Below are positions 1 through 9,418 of a stretch of DNA of 64,000 bases, one piece after another. The translations under genes and the position numbers were made by a program. A model generated the notes under the pieces. That model did not search any database, was not told the origin of the DNA, and worked only from the letters and a program-made list of their open reading frames with translations. The stretch comes from Nitrosopumilaceae archaeon (GTDB lineage Archaea; Thermoproteota; Nitrososphaeria; Nitrososphaerales; Nitrosopumilaceae), in NCBI GenBank assembly GCA_965203465.1, contig CBDBCR010000004.1, forward strand, positions 14,277 through 78,276, in the 5' to 3' direction. How positions within the stretch are numbered: position 1 is the stretch's first letter; each line of letters opens with the position of its first letter.

Positions 1-2
1 CC

Positions 3-2309
3 AACGGGGACCTGGCTGCCGCGGAGTTCGAGCTCGCGCAGGTGCGCGGCGGCCAAGCCGTGAAGATACCGCACTACGAGCTGCCGCTGACGATAAGCCG
101 GTTCGAGGTCTCGTCTCGCCACGCGTCGGGCCTGGCTTCGGACGGGACCGCCGTGGACGTATCGTTCGAATCCATGGAAGAGTTCTCCTTCGAAAGCCTG
201 AGGATAAACGGCCGCGACGCGTTCGTCTCGGCGAGCAGCTCGACGGGGGTCACGGCGGGGTGGCTCGCGCGCGGCTCGGACGCCGACGGGCCGCTGGAGA
301 TAGCGCTGGGCATCACGGTGGACGGGATACGGGCGACGCTGGGCGCGCGGCACCTGACGGGCCCCAACGTGGCAGTCGACAACACGCCGCCGCAGCTCGA
401 GTACGCCGCGCTGGTCGGGCAGCGCACCCTGGCGCTCTTTTACTCCGAGCCGGTGGAGACCTCGGCTCCGGACTATGCGTCGTTTTCGTACGGCTCTTCG
501 TCGGCCCCGGCGGCCTCTTCGGTGCGCGGCTCGGGGACCGCCTCGGTCCTGGCGATGCTGGGCCCGTCCGACGATCCGATGGAGCCGGGCATGCGCATAA
601 TCTTTTCAGTCTCGGGCGTGGCAGACAGGGCCGGAAACGCGCTGTCCAACGCCGGCGCGCAGTCGCTGGTTCCGGCGGACACGCGCGACGGGACGGTGGT
701 GCTGCGTGACACCGCGCGCGACGGGCGCGCCCAGCTCGAGATTCCAGCCGATTCGCTGGTAAGGACGGTGGTGGCCCCGCAGCCCATAGCGCTGGACGCC
801 TCGCTGCTGCCCAGCCCCGCGCCGGCCGACGCGCGCGTGGCCTCGGCCGGCGGAAGCACGGCCGAATTCGCCTCCGGCCTGTCGGTGCGCATCGGCTCGG
901 TCACCGTGGTGCTGCCGGCAGGCCTCCAGGTGGGCGGGCTGCCCGCGGACCGCACGCTGCGCATGTCCGCGCCGAGTTCGGCCGTCCCGTCCGAGGACTA
1001 TGTGACCGATTCCGGGCTGGATTCGTCGCGGTACGCCACCCTGGTGGAGGTGGGCGATCGGGCCGGGCGCGTCGAGCTGTCGCTGCCGGCCCGCATAGAG
1101 TTCGGCTCGCTCGAGGATCTGGTCTTCGTGGTGAGCGGCGGGCGGACCCTCGCGGTACAAGAGTGCTCGGGCCTGACGGCCTCGTCCCCGCTGGCCGCGG
1201 TGGCCGCGCATCTGGCCTCGCTGGAGGGCTCGGACCGGACCGACGCGGGCTCTTGCTACGTGCGGGAGGGCTCGGCTGTCTGGACCAACCACTTTTCGGC
1301 GTGGGGCACCGGATCCGCGCTGCAGCGCGGCGGCTCGGAGTGCGACGACTGCACCCCGCCGACGCTCGGGCTGGATTCGTACGGGACAAAGCTGGTCGAC
1401 GGAGGCTTTTCGTACAACGGCCTGTCCTCGGACGTGGCGTACTTTTTCACCCCGTACCCGCTGATCGAATCCGAGGTGGGGAAACAAAACACCGTGGTAC
1501 TAAAGATGTACGAAAACGAGGGGCCGGGCAACGTAGAGCACGTCTCGCTCGCATTCGGCCTGCGCTCCGGCGAGGTCATATCGGAGAGCAGGGCGGTCAT
1601 AAACTACGACATTTCGTTCGACGGGAACGGCTCGGTCTCGGTCATAGATCCGGATGGCGCCATCGACATCGACACGCTGTCGGCCTCGCACGACGTGGCA
1701 GAATGCTCGCCGGGCTCTTCGCTCGAGTGCCTCTCCGTTACGATAACCCACATGTTCAGGGCCCCTCTCGAGTTCGACATCGTCGGGACCGACGTGTGGG
1801 ACAGGGAGAGGAATTCGTGGCAAAACTACTACAACCACGGCATACACGTCTCGGGCGAGCCGCTCGACCCGCAGCCCGGGGTGCCGGTCAACGGGGGCGA
1901 TCTCGTGCTGTACCCGGTATCCTCGGACACCGACGTGATGATGGACGCCGGCGGCCACCTGTTCAAGCTCTCGCCGGAAGGCGACTACGTGCCTCTGTCC
2001 AACCAGTCGAGGCTGTACCACGACATCGACGAATCGATGTACCTGTACGACGGCGTCCCGATGCAGGGCTACGACCGCTCCGATCCGCAGTTCCGCGACT
2101 ACCTGTACGCGCAGGTGCTCTCCGCCCAGCAAGTTTTGGATTCCATGATGCCTCCGTCAGAAGCAGGCGAGCCTGTCGCGGAACCGGCGGCGCCCGACCG
2201 CGGGGCCGCAGAGCAGCGCCTGCGCGAGGCCGTATTGGCCGAGCAGCGCAGGGCCGCGCTGCTCTTCGAGGAGCTGTTCGGGTACCAGCGCATCAACGGG
2301 CAGGACTGA
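3..2309 (+). CDS. Large thaumarchaeal surface/secreted protein, C-terminal part (5' end runs off window)
   Basis: Frame open from base 3; Ser/Ala/Gly-rich beta/Ig-like segments (VDNTPPQL), then a CDDCTPPTLGLD...FSYNG domain recalled from Nitrosopumilaceae surface proteins. Confidence 0.65.
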   Translation, partial: NGDLAAAEFELAQVRGGQAVKIPHYELPLTISRFEVSSRHASGLASDGTAVDVSFESMEEFSFESLRINGRDAFVSASSSTGVTAGWLARGSDADGPLEIALGITVDGIRATLGARHLTGPNVAVDNTPPQLEYAALVGQRTLALFYSEPVETSAPDYASFSYGSSSAPAASSVRGSGTASVLAMLGPSDDPMEPGMRIIFSVSGVADRAGNALSNAGAQSLVPADTRDGTVVLRDTARDGRAQLEIPADSLVRTVVAPQPIALDASLLPSPAPADARVASAGGSTAEFASGLSVRIGSVTVVLPAGLQVGGLPADRTLRMSAPSSAVPSEDYVTDSGLDSSRYATLVEVGDRAGRVELSLPARIEFGSLEDLVFVVSGGRTLAVQECSGLTASSPLAAVAAHLASLEGSDRTDAGSCYVREGSAVWTNHFSAWGTGSALQRGGSECDDCTPPTLGLDSYGTKLVDGGFSYNGLSSDVAYFFTPYPLIESEVGKQNTVVLKMYENEGPGNVEHVSLAFGLRSGEVISESRAVINYDISFDGNGSVSVIDPDGAIDIDTLSASHDVAECSPGSSLECLSVTITHMFRAPLEFDIVGTDVWDRERNSWQNYYNHGIHVSGEPLDPQPGVPVNGGDLVLYPVSSDTDVMMDAGGHLFKLSPEGDYVPLSNQSRLYHDIDESMYLYDGVPMQGYDRSDPQFRDYLYAQVLSAQQVLDSMMPPSEAGEPVAEPAAPDRGAAEQRLREAVLAEQRRAALLFEELFGYQRINGQD

Positions 2310-2691
2310 CAGGATCCTGGCCGTGCGCGCCCGGGCGAGGCGGCCGCCGGGCCGGAAAACGCCGCGCCGGAGCAATTCTATCCTGGTACTTTGGGCGCGG
2401 GCTGGGGGGACGCACCCGAGCGGCGTCGCACGCGCCGCGCCCGGGAATGTGCCCGCAGGCCGGGCCGCAAGGGAGCTCCGCCCGTCGCGATCCGGCGCCT
2501 GATCGAGTACCGCGCGGCCGAGCAGGGCCGAGGGCTCGGCAGGATCGTGACCCGCGCTCTGGCTTGGCGCTGGCGGGCCTGCACGCCCGCGGCGAGTTTT
2601 GCCGGTGCTCGTCGGAGTCTTGGCCGCTTGTTGGAAGCTGCATGTTGACAGTTACCGAAAGTTTATTTGCTGCCAGACGACAACCACCGAC

Positions 2692-2940
2692 ATGGCCGAG
2701 GCCCGGATGTCTGACGAATCTCTGGATGGCCCACAGGCCAAAAGCCAGCCCGCAGAGGCGGATATGGAACTGGTCAGCTTGCTTGACGGGGAGGAGGACG
2801 ACGAATCTATAGAGCGGGATATTTTGGACGCCAAGGAGGCGAGGAAAGAGTTCGAGGAAGGTCGGTGCGTGCCACACGAGGAAGTCAAGCGAAGATATAG
2901 ACATGACATGGCGAGCAGAGTGGACGGACAGGGCACGTAA
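2692..2940 (+). CDS. Putative antitoxin (acidic, RelB-like position)
   Basis: Short acidic ORF (EARKEFEEGRCVPHEEVKRRY) overlapping the toxin start by 38 bp. Confidence 0.6.
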   Translation: MAEARMSDESLDGPQAKSQPAEADMELVSLLDGEEDDESIERDILDAKEARKEFEEGRCVPHEEVKRRYRHDMASRVDGQGT

Positions 2941-3154
2941 AGATCTGGGCAGACTTGCCAGCGGCGACGGCGAGCGCATCCTTGACGCACTCGATTGTAT
3001 TTTGGAGGATCCTGCGACAAAATTGGACAGGTTGGTGAACTCTTGTCTTTACAAGTGCAGGGTCGGCAATTACCGTATCGTAGTAAACGTGATATTCGAG
3101 CGGCGTGTCGTGCTGGTAACAAGAGTCAAAAAGCGCTCTAGGGCGTATGGGTGA
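2903..3154 (+). CDS. RelE/ParE family type II toxin
   Basis: 83 aa basic; WRAEWTDRARKDL...YKCRVGNYRIV...VKKRSRAY matches the RelE pattern. Confidence 0.85.
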   Translation: MTWRAEWTDRARKDLGRLASGDGERILDALDCILEDPATKLDRLVNSCLYKCRVGNYRIVVNVIFERRVVLVTRVKKRSRAYG

Positions 3155-3538
3155 CCCGCGCCGCAAAAAACGCGTCCGCGCCCGGCCTGCGCTCCCGGCC
3201 AAACCAAAGTTCCGCCAGCGGGCAATTTCCGATCGCAAACGCGGCCAGGCGTGCAAAACGACGGCATGATCCAAACGGCCGGCGCGCCGGGTTAGCGCAG
3301 CCGGGCGCGCCCGCGCCGGCGCGGCTGCCCGGATCCGGGCCGCGCATGCGCCAGCCCGGCGCCGATGCGCGCGGCGGTGCCGCCAAGACCTTCATGCGGG
3401 CCCGAGGCCGCCGGGCGGGCCGGCGCGGGCCCGGAGCAGAAAGGCGGCCCGCCTCTGCGGGCGCACCGAAGGCCGCCCTGCGAGGGATCTTGCGGCGCGG
3501 CGCAGTAGTTAAATCGGCGCCGGGCGCGCGGCGCCGCG

Positions 3539-4354
3539 TTGAAGCCTCTCCGGTCGGGCAAGGTAAAGGACGTCTACGAGCACGGGGAGGGCCTGCTCTT
3601 CGAGTTCAGCGACCGCGTCTCGGCCTTTGACGTGCCGTTCGCAGAAAGGATACCCGGCAAGGGGGAGTCGCTGTGCTCGTTCGCCCAGTTCTGGTTCGAG
3701 AACCTGCCGGTCAGGAACCACTTCGTCAGGCGCGTCTCCAAGACCGGCATGCTGGTCGAAAAGCTGGACATGATACCGGTAGAGTGCGTCGTGAGGGGCT
3801 ACCTGTACGGCAGCCTGGCCGAGCGGTGCAAAAGGGGCCTTGCGGATCTGCCGCCCGGATCTTCGGGCGAGCTTGCCTCCAGGCTGCCCTCCCCGGTATT
3901 CGATCCCACGACAAAGGCCGAGCACGACGAGCCGATCACGAAAAAAGAGGCCGTCGAATCGGGCAGGATCTCCGAAGAGACGTTCGGCCTGCTCGAATCG
4001 GAGTCGCTGCGCATATACGGGCACGTCAGCCGCGTCTGCGCCGGCGCGGGGTTCATCGCGGCCGACCTGAAACTGGAGTTCGGCCTCGACGCGGGAGGAA
4101 AGCCGGTGCTAGCCGACTCCATCGGGCCCGACGAGTTCCGGCTCTGGCCCGCCGACCTGTACGAGCCGGGCAGGACGCAAGAGTCGTACGACAAGCAGGT
4201 GCTGCGCGACTGGCTCGTATCGGAGGGGCACGCGGCGCGCTTCGAGGCAGAGCGCGCGGCAGGAAAGGCGCCGGCGCCGCCGGCCATCCCGCCGTGGCTC
4301 GTATCCAAGATGGCCGGGCGCTACTCCGAGGCGTACTCTAGGATCTGCACCTGA
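3539..4354 (+). CDS. purC: SAICAR synthetase
   Basis: SGKVKDVY, SDRVSAFD, ECVVRGYLYGS, DLKLEFG, DSIGPDEFRLW, SYDKQ motifs. Confidence 0.95.
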   Translation: MKPLRSGKVKDVYEHGEGLLFEFSDRVSAFDVPFAERIPGKGESLCSFAQFWFENLPVRNHFVRRVSKTGMLVEKLDMIPVECVVRGYLYGSLAERCKRGLADLPPGSSGELASRLPSPVFDPTTKAEHDEPITKKEAVESGRISEETFGLLESESLRIYGHVSRVCAGAGFIAADLKLEFGLDAGGKPVLADSIGPDEFRLWPADLYEPGRTQESYDKQVLRDWLVSEGHAARFEAERAAGKAPAPPAIPPWLVSKMAGRYSEAYSRICT

Positions 4355-4520
4355 GGCGCCTGCCGCCCGGACAGGACCCGCGCGCTCGCGCCCGCCGACT
4401 CGAATATGCGGGCAGCTCCCCCTTGGCTGCCCGGCGCCCGCCCGCCCCGCCCGGGGGGGGGGGGAGGAGGGCGGCCGGGCCCCCGATCCGGGCGGTACGA
4501 CAGGATTTGCATCGATGCCA

Positions 4521-4660
4521 AACCTATGATATTGCTATCAAACTAATAACAGCAATACTAGAGTTATGATATTGCTATCAAATTTATAGTATTGACTACA
4601 AAATAATAGTGTTAATATCAAAAATATGATAGTGCTACGATCTGTATGGTACTGAGTGCG
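4521..4660. repeat. AT-rich array of ~7 degenerate 20-bp units (consensus AAxxTATGATATTGCTATCA)
   Basis: Units start at 4521, 4541, 4561, 4581, 4601, 4621, 4641; TATGATATTGCTATCAAA is exact at 4525 and 4565; core TGATA-N4-TATCA palindrome. Confidence 0.8.
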
Positions 4661-4812
4661 AGACTGACGGCAGCGGCGGCAAAAGCGCGGGGCCGCTCCG
4701 ATCCTGGCCGGGCCGCTCCGATGCGCGCAGGATTGGTCAAAACTATTGGAGCCCGGGCGAAACAAAGTTGACAACACGCCCTTTTAACCCCCGCCGGCGA
4801 GGGCAGGATCAA

Positions 4813-5334
4813 ATGTCGACGCTGCTTGAAAAGCCGGTCAAGGTGAGCAGGGTGGTGGCAACCAGCGCCAGCCACGCGCGGGCCATAGACGATCCCATCC
4901 GCGCCAAGATGCTGGCCATACTGTACCGCAAGGAGCTCAACGCCGAGCAGATAGCCAAGGAACTGGGAAGGGCAGGCTACAAAAAGGCGCTGACGACCAC
5001 GCGGCACCACCTGGAGATACTGCGCTCGGCCGGCCTCGTGGATGTGGTGCGCATCGAGGAGGCGCGCGGGGCCATCACAAAGTACTACGGCGCGGCGGTC
5101 AGGCTGCTCGACTGCCCGCTGCCCGACGACTTTGAGTCGAGGTACTCGGCGCAGATAGAGAGCGCCCAGGACAAGGTGCGCGGGATGCTGAGGCAGATCC
5201 CAAAGACAGAGCCCCCAAAGGGCAAGAGCGCCTCGGAATACCGCCAGTACCTGCTGCTCGAGATAGTCGGGAGGGCGGTGGCCAACGTGCTGGAAGCCGA
5301 ACGCGGGGACAAAAAGGCGGCCGACAAAAAGTAG
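4813..5334 (+). CDS. ArsR-like winged-HTH transcriptional regulator
   Basis: AIDDPIRAKMLAIL...TTRHHLEILRSAGLV...KYYG ArsR signature. Confidence 0.85.
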   Translation: MSTLLEKPVKVSRVVATSASHARAIDDPIRAKMLAILYRKELNAEQIAKELGRAGYKKALTTTRHHLEILRSAGLVDVVRIEEARGAITKYYGAAVRLLDCPLPDDFESRYSAQIESAQDKVRGMLRQIPKTEPPKGKSASEYRQYLLLEIVGRAVANVLEAERGDKKAADKK

Positions 5335-5378
5335 CGGGGGGCCGCTGCGCCCCGGCCTATCCGCGGGGGAGGGTGCGC

Positions 5379-5825
5379 TCAGCAGTTGGCGATGCACACC
5401 TTGGCCAGGTCAGAGGAGGCCTGCTCCTTGGTGGGCCTTATCATCAGCACGTACTCGAAACCCTCGTCAAAGCCGCCCTGCAGCGGAAAGTACGCGGTTA
5501 TCTGCCCGCCCTCGCCGAACTCGCCGTGGCTCGGCTGCGTGGGCGGGGGCGACTTGTCCACCAGGCCGAACTGCTGCCTGCCGACCGGGGCCGGATCGCC
5601 GCCGGGCCCGCGCGCGTCTATCGAGACCTTGGCAAAGACCGTCCCTGGGGGATCGCCCTCTTCTGTCCCCTGGTAGGCCACCGCGTACGTGTTGGGCCCG
5701 ACGCGAACGCGCTCGCCGGCCGATGCGGTGACTATCTCGGGCTTGTAGTCCATGAAAAACACCATGGCCACGGACATCGAGGCCACCACGGCCGCCGCTA
5801 CGGCTATCACGGCCAGGCTCGCCAT
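5379..5825 (-). CDS. Membrane-anchored hypothetical protein
   Basis: N-terminal hydrophobic helix (MASLAVIAVAAAVVASMSVAMVFF) followed by a beta-rich domain. Confidence 0.65.
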   Translation of the reverse strand: MASLAVIAVAAAVVASMSVAMVFFMDYKPEIVTASAGERVRVGPNTYAVAYQGTEEGDPPGTVFAKVSIDARGPGGDPAPVGRQQFGLVDKSPPPTQPSHGEFGEGGQITAYFPLQGGFDEGFEYVLMIRPTKEQASSDLAKVCIANC

Positions 5826-5863
5826 GCCAGGACGCAGAACATGCCGTATATGTTGGAAACGCC

Positions 5864-5891
5864 CCCTTTCTAAATTCGAATTCAGAAAGGG
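5864..5891. promoter_or_regulatory. 28-bp palindrome (1 mismatch), candidate operator
   Basis: CCCTTTCTAAATTCGAATTCAGAAAGGG; near-identical core recurs at 7523-7544. Confidence 0.5.
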
Positions 5892-5911
5892 CGCCGAACC
5901 GGCGGCCCGGC

Positions 5912-6820
5912 TCACCGGTCCCAGTCGAACCTGCGGCCCAGCATGGAGTAGAGGCGCTCGTTGTGGGGCCTGAAATAGCCGAGCAGCTTTTCGCGCGTGG
6001 CCTCCTTCATGGGCGCATAGTCGCCCTCGTTGAGGGACGCCGGCGCGCCCGCGCCGAACGGCTCGAGGCCCAGAAAAGAGTACACCCCGTCGAGCGCCGC
6101 CTGCCCGTCCCGCCTCATCTGATCGGCCTCGACTACCAGGATGTCCTTGGCGGCAAAATGCCCGAGCCACCGCTCCAGGTGCTCGGCGTACCTGCCCCCC
6201 TCGGCGTACCCGTAGTTGTAGCTGCGGTAGGCCTTGTGGCGCGGATCTGTCGCGCTGCGCTCCCTGTCCCAGGCCGTCCTCCGCCCTTCGTACTCTAGGG
6301 CGTCCTCGAACGTCATGCACTCGCGCCCGCGCCTGAGGCGCATGTGGTAGTGGGAGTAGGCCCTGTCCGCCGGGTTGCGCAGCGCCAGCACCAGCTTTGC
6401 GCGCGGGATCGCGCGCGCGGCCCTGGCCGGGGCGGCCGGGTGGGGAAAGTAGGAAGGGGTGGCCTCGCCGGTGATCTTTCTGGCGCCCGGCAGCGACTTT
6501 TCAAGGACGGTGGGGAAGTGCTGCCTGTACCAGAGGGCGCCGCGCTCGTGCATGCGGGGGTCGTCAAAGTAGTTGATCTCCTTGCGGACGGCGGGCAGCA
6601 CGCGCGGGTGCCTGCATATCATCTCGTAGAGGGACGTGGTGCCCGACTTTGTGGCCCCTATCACGACAAAGTCCGGCAGGGCCCTCATGAACGAGGTGGC
6701 GGCCCTGAAGCGCTTTTTGGATCCGGCCACGGCCAGACGCGGGTGTCTCTGGAAGGGCCAAAAGTCGGCCTGTCCGGCCCGCCCCCCCTTGCCGCATACC
6801 GGACACGCATAGCCGATCAC
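5912..6820 (-). CDS. Sulfotransferase (heparan-sulfate 3-O/N-sulfotransferase-like fold)
   Basis: PDFVVIGATKSGTTSLY (5'-PSB), KEINYFD, GEATPSY, LRNPADRAYSHY (3'-PB); GTG start at 6820 chosen. Confidence 0.9.
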   Translation of the reverse strand: MIGYACPVCGKGGRAGQADFWPFQRHPRLAVAGSKKRFRAATSFMRALPDFVVIGATKSGTTSLYEMICRHPRVLPAVRKEINYFDDPRMHERGALWYRQHFPTVLEKSLPGARKITGEATPSYFPHPAAPARAARAIPRAKLVLALRNPADRAYSHYHMRLRRGRECMTFEDALEYEGRRTAWDRERSATDPRHKAYRSYNYGYAEGGRYAEHLERWLGHFAAKDILVVEADQMRRDGQAALDGVYSFLGLEPFGAGAPASLNEGDYAPMKEATREKLLGYFRPHNERLYSMLGRRFDWDR

Positions 6821-7042
6821 GCGGCAAGGCCGGGGGGCGTTATTTTTAATTTCTGTGGCGGGTTTAGCTTTCAGGCGCGGCCCGGATCCCGGCGGGACTG
6901 TATGCCGTGACACGCCGCTGTTTGGACGGTTGCCGGCCGGGGGCAGGCACGAAAGCTAAACCCCCGCCGGATCCGGGTATTTCGGGGGTATCCGGTCCGT
7001 GCCTGAGCGGGGGCCCCGCCCCGAGGGGTTTAGCTTTTGCGC

Positions 7043-7486
7043 CTAGAGCGCCTTTCTCATGTACAGCGCGACCCGGTCGCCCATCTCGGCGGTGTTCTGC
7101 AGGGCCTCCAAAAAGTCGCGCTGATTGTGCCGCTCTTTGCTGTCCAGTACGGTATAGACGCCGGTCACGTGGCGGCCAAAGTCCTCCGAAAAGCGGCAGA
7201 CGGCCCGTATGTCGTCGCAAAAGTTCCGTATGCGGTCGCGCATCTTTTCTTTCTGGGCCTCGGTGAGCTGCATGTAGCGGTAGTTTTGGCCGGTCCCGAG
7301 GGGGCACCTTGCCCCGATCACCAATACGTCGGGCTGCTTTTTGGGGCCGAAGACTATCACGCGGCCGCCGGGCCCGCCCGCGTTGGTGACGGAGAATTCG
7401 AACGCCGTGTCCTTTTCGGTCTGGGATTTTTCCGTCTCGTAGCCCTCGTGGATCAGCCAGCGCTGGGCCGCGTCGCGCAAGTCCAC
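7043..7486 (-). CDS. DUF2299-like archaeal protein
   Basis: Size and N-terminus (RWLIHEGY...FEFSV...PKKQPDVLVIG) resemble DUF2299. Confidence 0.55.
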   Translation of the reverse strand: MDLRDAAQRWLIHEGYETEKSQTEKDTAFEFSVTNAGGPGGRVIVFGPKKQPDVLVIGARCPLGTGQNYRYMQLTEAQKEKMRDRIRNFCDDIRAVCRFSEDFGRHVTGVYTVLDSKERHNQRDFLEALQNTAEMGDRVALYMRKAL

Positions 7487-7522
7487 GCCCTCCTGCCCGG
7501 AAGGCTCAATATTTGCCCTTTG

Positions 7523-7544
7523 TTTCTGAATTCGAATTCAGAAA
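7523..7544. promoter_or_regulatory. Perfect 22-bp palindrome TTTCTGAATTCGAATTCAGAAA
   Basis: Self-complementary; second copy of the 5864-5891 motif. Confidence 0.5.
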
Positions 7545-8278
7545 GGTTTGTCCATGCAGCACCTCTTGTACTTTTTGCCGGAACCGCAGGGGCAGGGGCC
7601 GCCCTTGGAGGGGTTTTTCCACCTGCGGGTTTCTTTGAACAGCTCCTGCGGATCTTTGGCTTCTGCCGCCTGCGGGTCCATCTGGCCCGAGTACATCTGC
7701 TCCAGGACGTCGATGCCGCTCACGTCGCTCGTTATGGTCCCGGTCAGAAGCAGGTTCTCGTAGTATTCGTACAGGTCGGGATCTATCAAGTCCAAGAGGC
7801 ACTCGGCCAGCCACGTCCTGACCTCGAGGTCTTTCTCCTCTTTTACCGCCTCTTTGATCGCCGCGATCACAGCGGGCCTGCACTCGGGGTGGTCCAGGGC
7901 TATGCTGACCAGGGCGCGCCCGGCCGAGTGCCTAGGCCACATCTTGGCTTTGGTGTGGCGCACCAGGCCCGAGAGCGTCTCTACCGCCCCGGGCCCCGTG
8001 TGCGCCAGGACGCCGGGCAGATCTTGGTTGATCCAGTCGTCTTCGCTTTCGTCTTTGTGCACTTGCAGCAGGAACGAGTTTATGGCAAGCTGGGCCCGGT
8101 AGTGGCCCAGCAGGGCCAAGAGGTGGACGGCGCACCTGTTCCCTTCGCTGTCCGGGCCTTCGGTGGCCAGCCTGGCCAGCTCGGGGAACGCGGCGTCTCC
8201 CATACCTGTTATCTTTTGCACCGTTTCGGCATCGGTAGCAAAGCCGGATTTTGAGAGCTCGCGGATCGGGTCTTCCAC
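7538..8278 (-). CDS. HEAT-like helical (DUF1186-like) protein with C-terminal SEC-C motif, paralogue 1
   Basis: C-terminal PCPCGSGKKYKRCC. Confidence 0.8.
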   Translation of the reverse strand: MEDPIRELSKSGFATDAETVQKITGMGDAAFPELARLATEGPDSEGNRCAVHLLALLGHYRAQLAINSFLLQVHKDESEDDWINQDLPGVLAHTGPGAVETLSGLVRHTKAKMWPRHSAGRALVSIALDHPECRPAVIAAIKEAVKEEKDLEVRTWLAECLLDLIDPDLYEYYENLLLTGTITSDVSGIDVLEQMYSGQMDPQAAEAKDPQELFKETRRWKNPSKGGPCPCGSGKKYKRCCMDKPF

Positions 8279-8601
8279 CGGACGGGGGGCGGGCCGGAAG
8301 GGTGATTAGTGTTTGGGCGGTGCCGGGGCCGATCCGGAGCGCCGCGCGCATATCTGCGATCCGCCGTTTCCAGGCGGCCCTGTCCTGATCGGCGTCGCGG
8401 CGGCGGCGCTGGCCGGAGCGCGCGCCGATCCGCTGGCAGATATGCTGCGTCGCCAGAACCAGTCGACTGTCCTGCCTGCGCGGCGCAGGGAGGCGGCGGC
8501 CTCGCGCCGTCATCCGCAATGCCGCCCCCGGATCGTGCCGTCGAGCATCTCGTTTTGCCGGATCTTGAGTCGGGCCGAGCTCGCTCTTGGCGACCTCGCG
8601 G

Positions 8602-9336
8602 CTAATTCTTGCCCATGCAGCACCTTTTGTACTTTTTGCCGGAGCCGCAGGGGCAGGGGGCGCTCTTCGAGGGGTTTTTCCACCTGCGAGTCTCCTCGAA
8701 CAGTTCCAGAGGGTCTTCCTGTTTCAAGTCGTGCGGGGGCAGCTCTCCGGCGTATATCTGCTCCAGGTTGTCCGCGCTGACGACGTCGCTCGTTATGGTT
8801 CCGGTGAGCAGCAGGTTTTCGTAGTATTCGTACAGGTCGGGATCCACCAAGTCCAGGAGGCACTCGGCCAGCCACGTCCTGGCCTCGGGGTCTTTTTCGC
8901 CCGCCACGGCCTCCTTGATCGCCTCGATCACGCCGGCTTTGTGCTCCGGGTGGTCAAGGGCCGTGCTGACCAGGGCGCGCCCGGCCGCGTGCCTCGCCCA
9001 CGTGTCGGCTTTCGGGTGGCGCACCAAGCCCGACAGCGCCTCTACGGCCCCGGGCCCCATGTGCGCCAGGACGCGGGGCAGGTGCTCGGTGACCCAGTCG
9101 TCATCGCCGTCTTTGTACACTTCGAGCAAGAACGAGTTTATGGCGAGCTGGGCCCGGTAGTGGCCCAGTACCGCCAGCAGGTGGACGGCCGACTTTGACC
9201 CCTCGCCGTCGGGGCCCTCGGTGGCCAGCCGGGCCAGATCCGGGAACGCGGAGTCTCCCATCTCTGTTATCTTTTCCACGGTTCCGGCGTCGGTTTCAAA
9301 GCCGGACTCTGCGAGCTCTCGGATCGGGTCTTGCAC
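8602..9336 (-). CDS. HEAT-like/SEC-C protein, paralogue 2
   Basis: Highly similar to 7538-8278; GTG start 9336; upstream sequence GGGTGATTAGTGTTTGGGCGG duplicated with it. Confidence 0.8.
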   Translation of the reverse strand: MQDPIRELAESGFETDAGTVEKITEMGDSAFPDLARLATEGPDGEGSKSAVHLLAVLGHYRAQLAINSFLLEVYKDGDDDWVTEHLPRVLAHMGPGAVEALSGLVRHPKADTWARHAAGRALVSTALDHPEHKAGVIEAIKEAVAGEKDPEARTWLAECLLDLVDPDLYEYYENLLLTGTITSDVVSADNLEQIYAGELPPHDLKQEDPLELFEETRRWKNPSKSAPCPCGSGKKYKRCCMGKN

Positions 9337-9418
9337 AGGACTGGGGCGGGCCGGAGGGGTGATTAGTGTTTGGGCGGGATCTTGTAGGTTTAATGGGCAG
9401 GGCCCCGCGTGAGCCCCG

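Noticed and set aside
4453-4464. Poly-G tract as a phase-variation site
   Set aside because: Intergenic, not positioned in a recognisable promoter, and its length is unreliable
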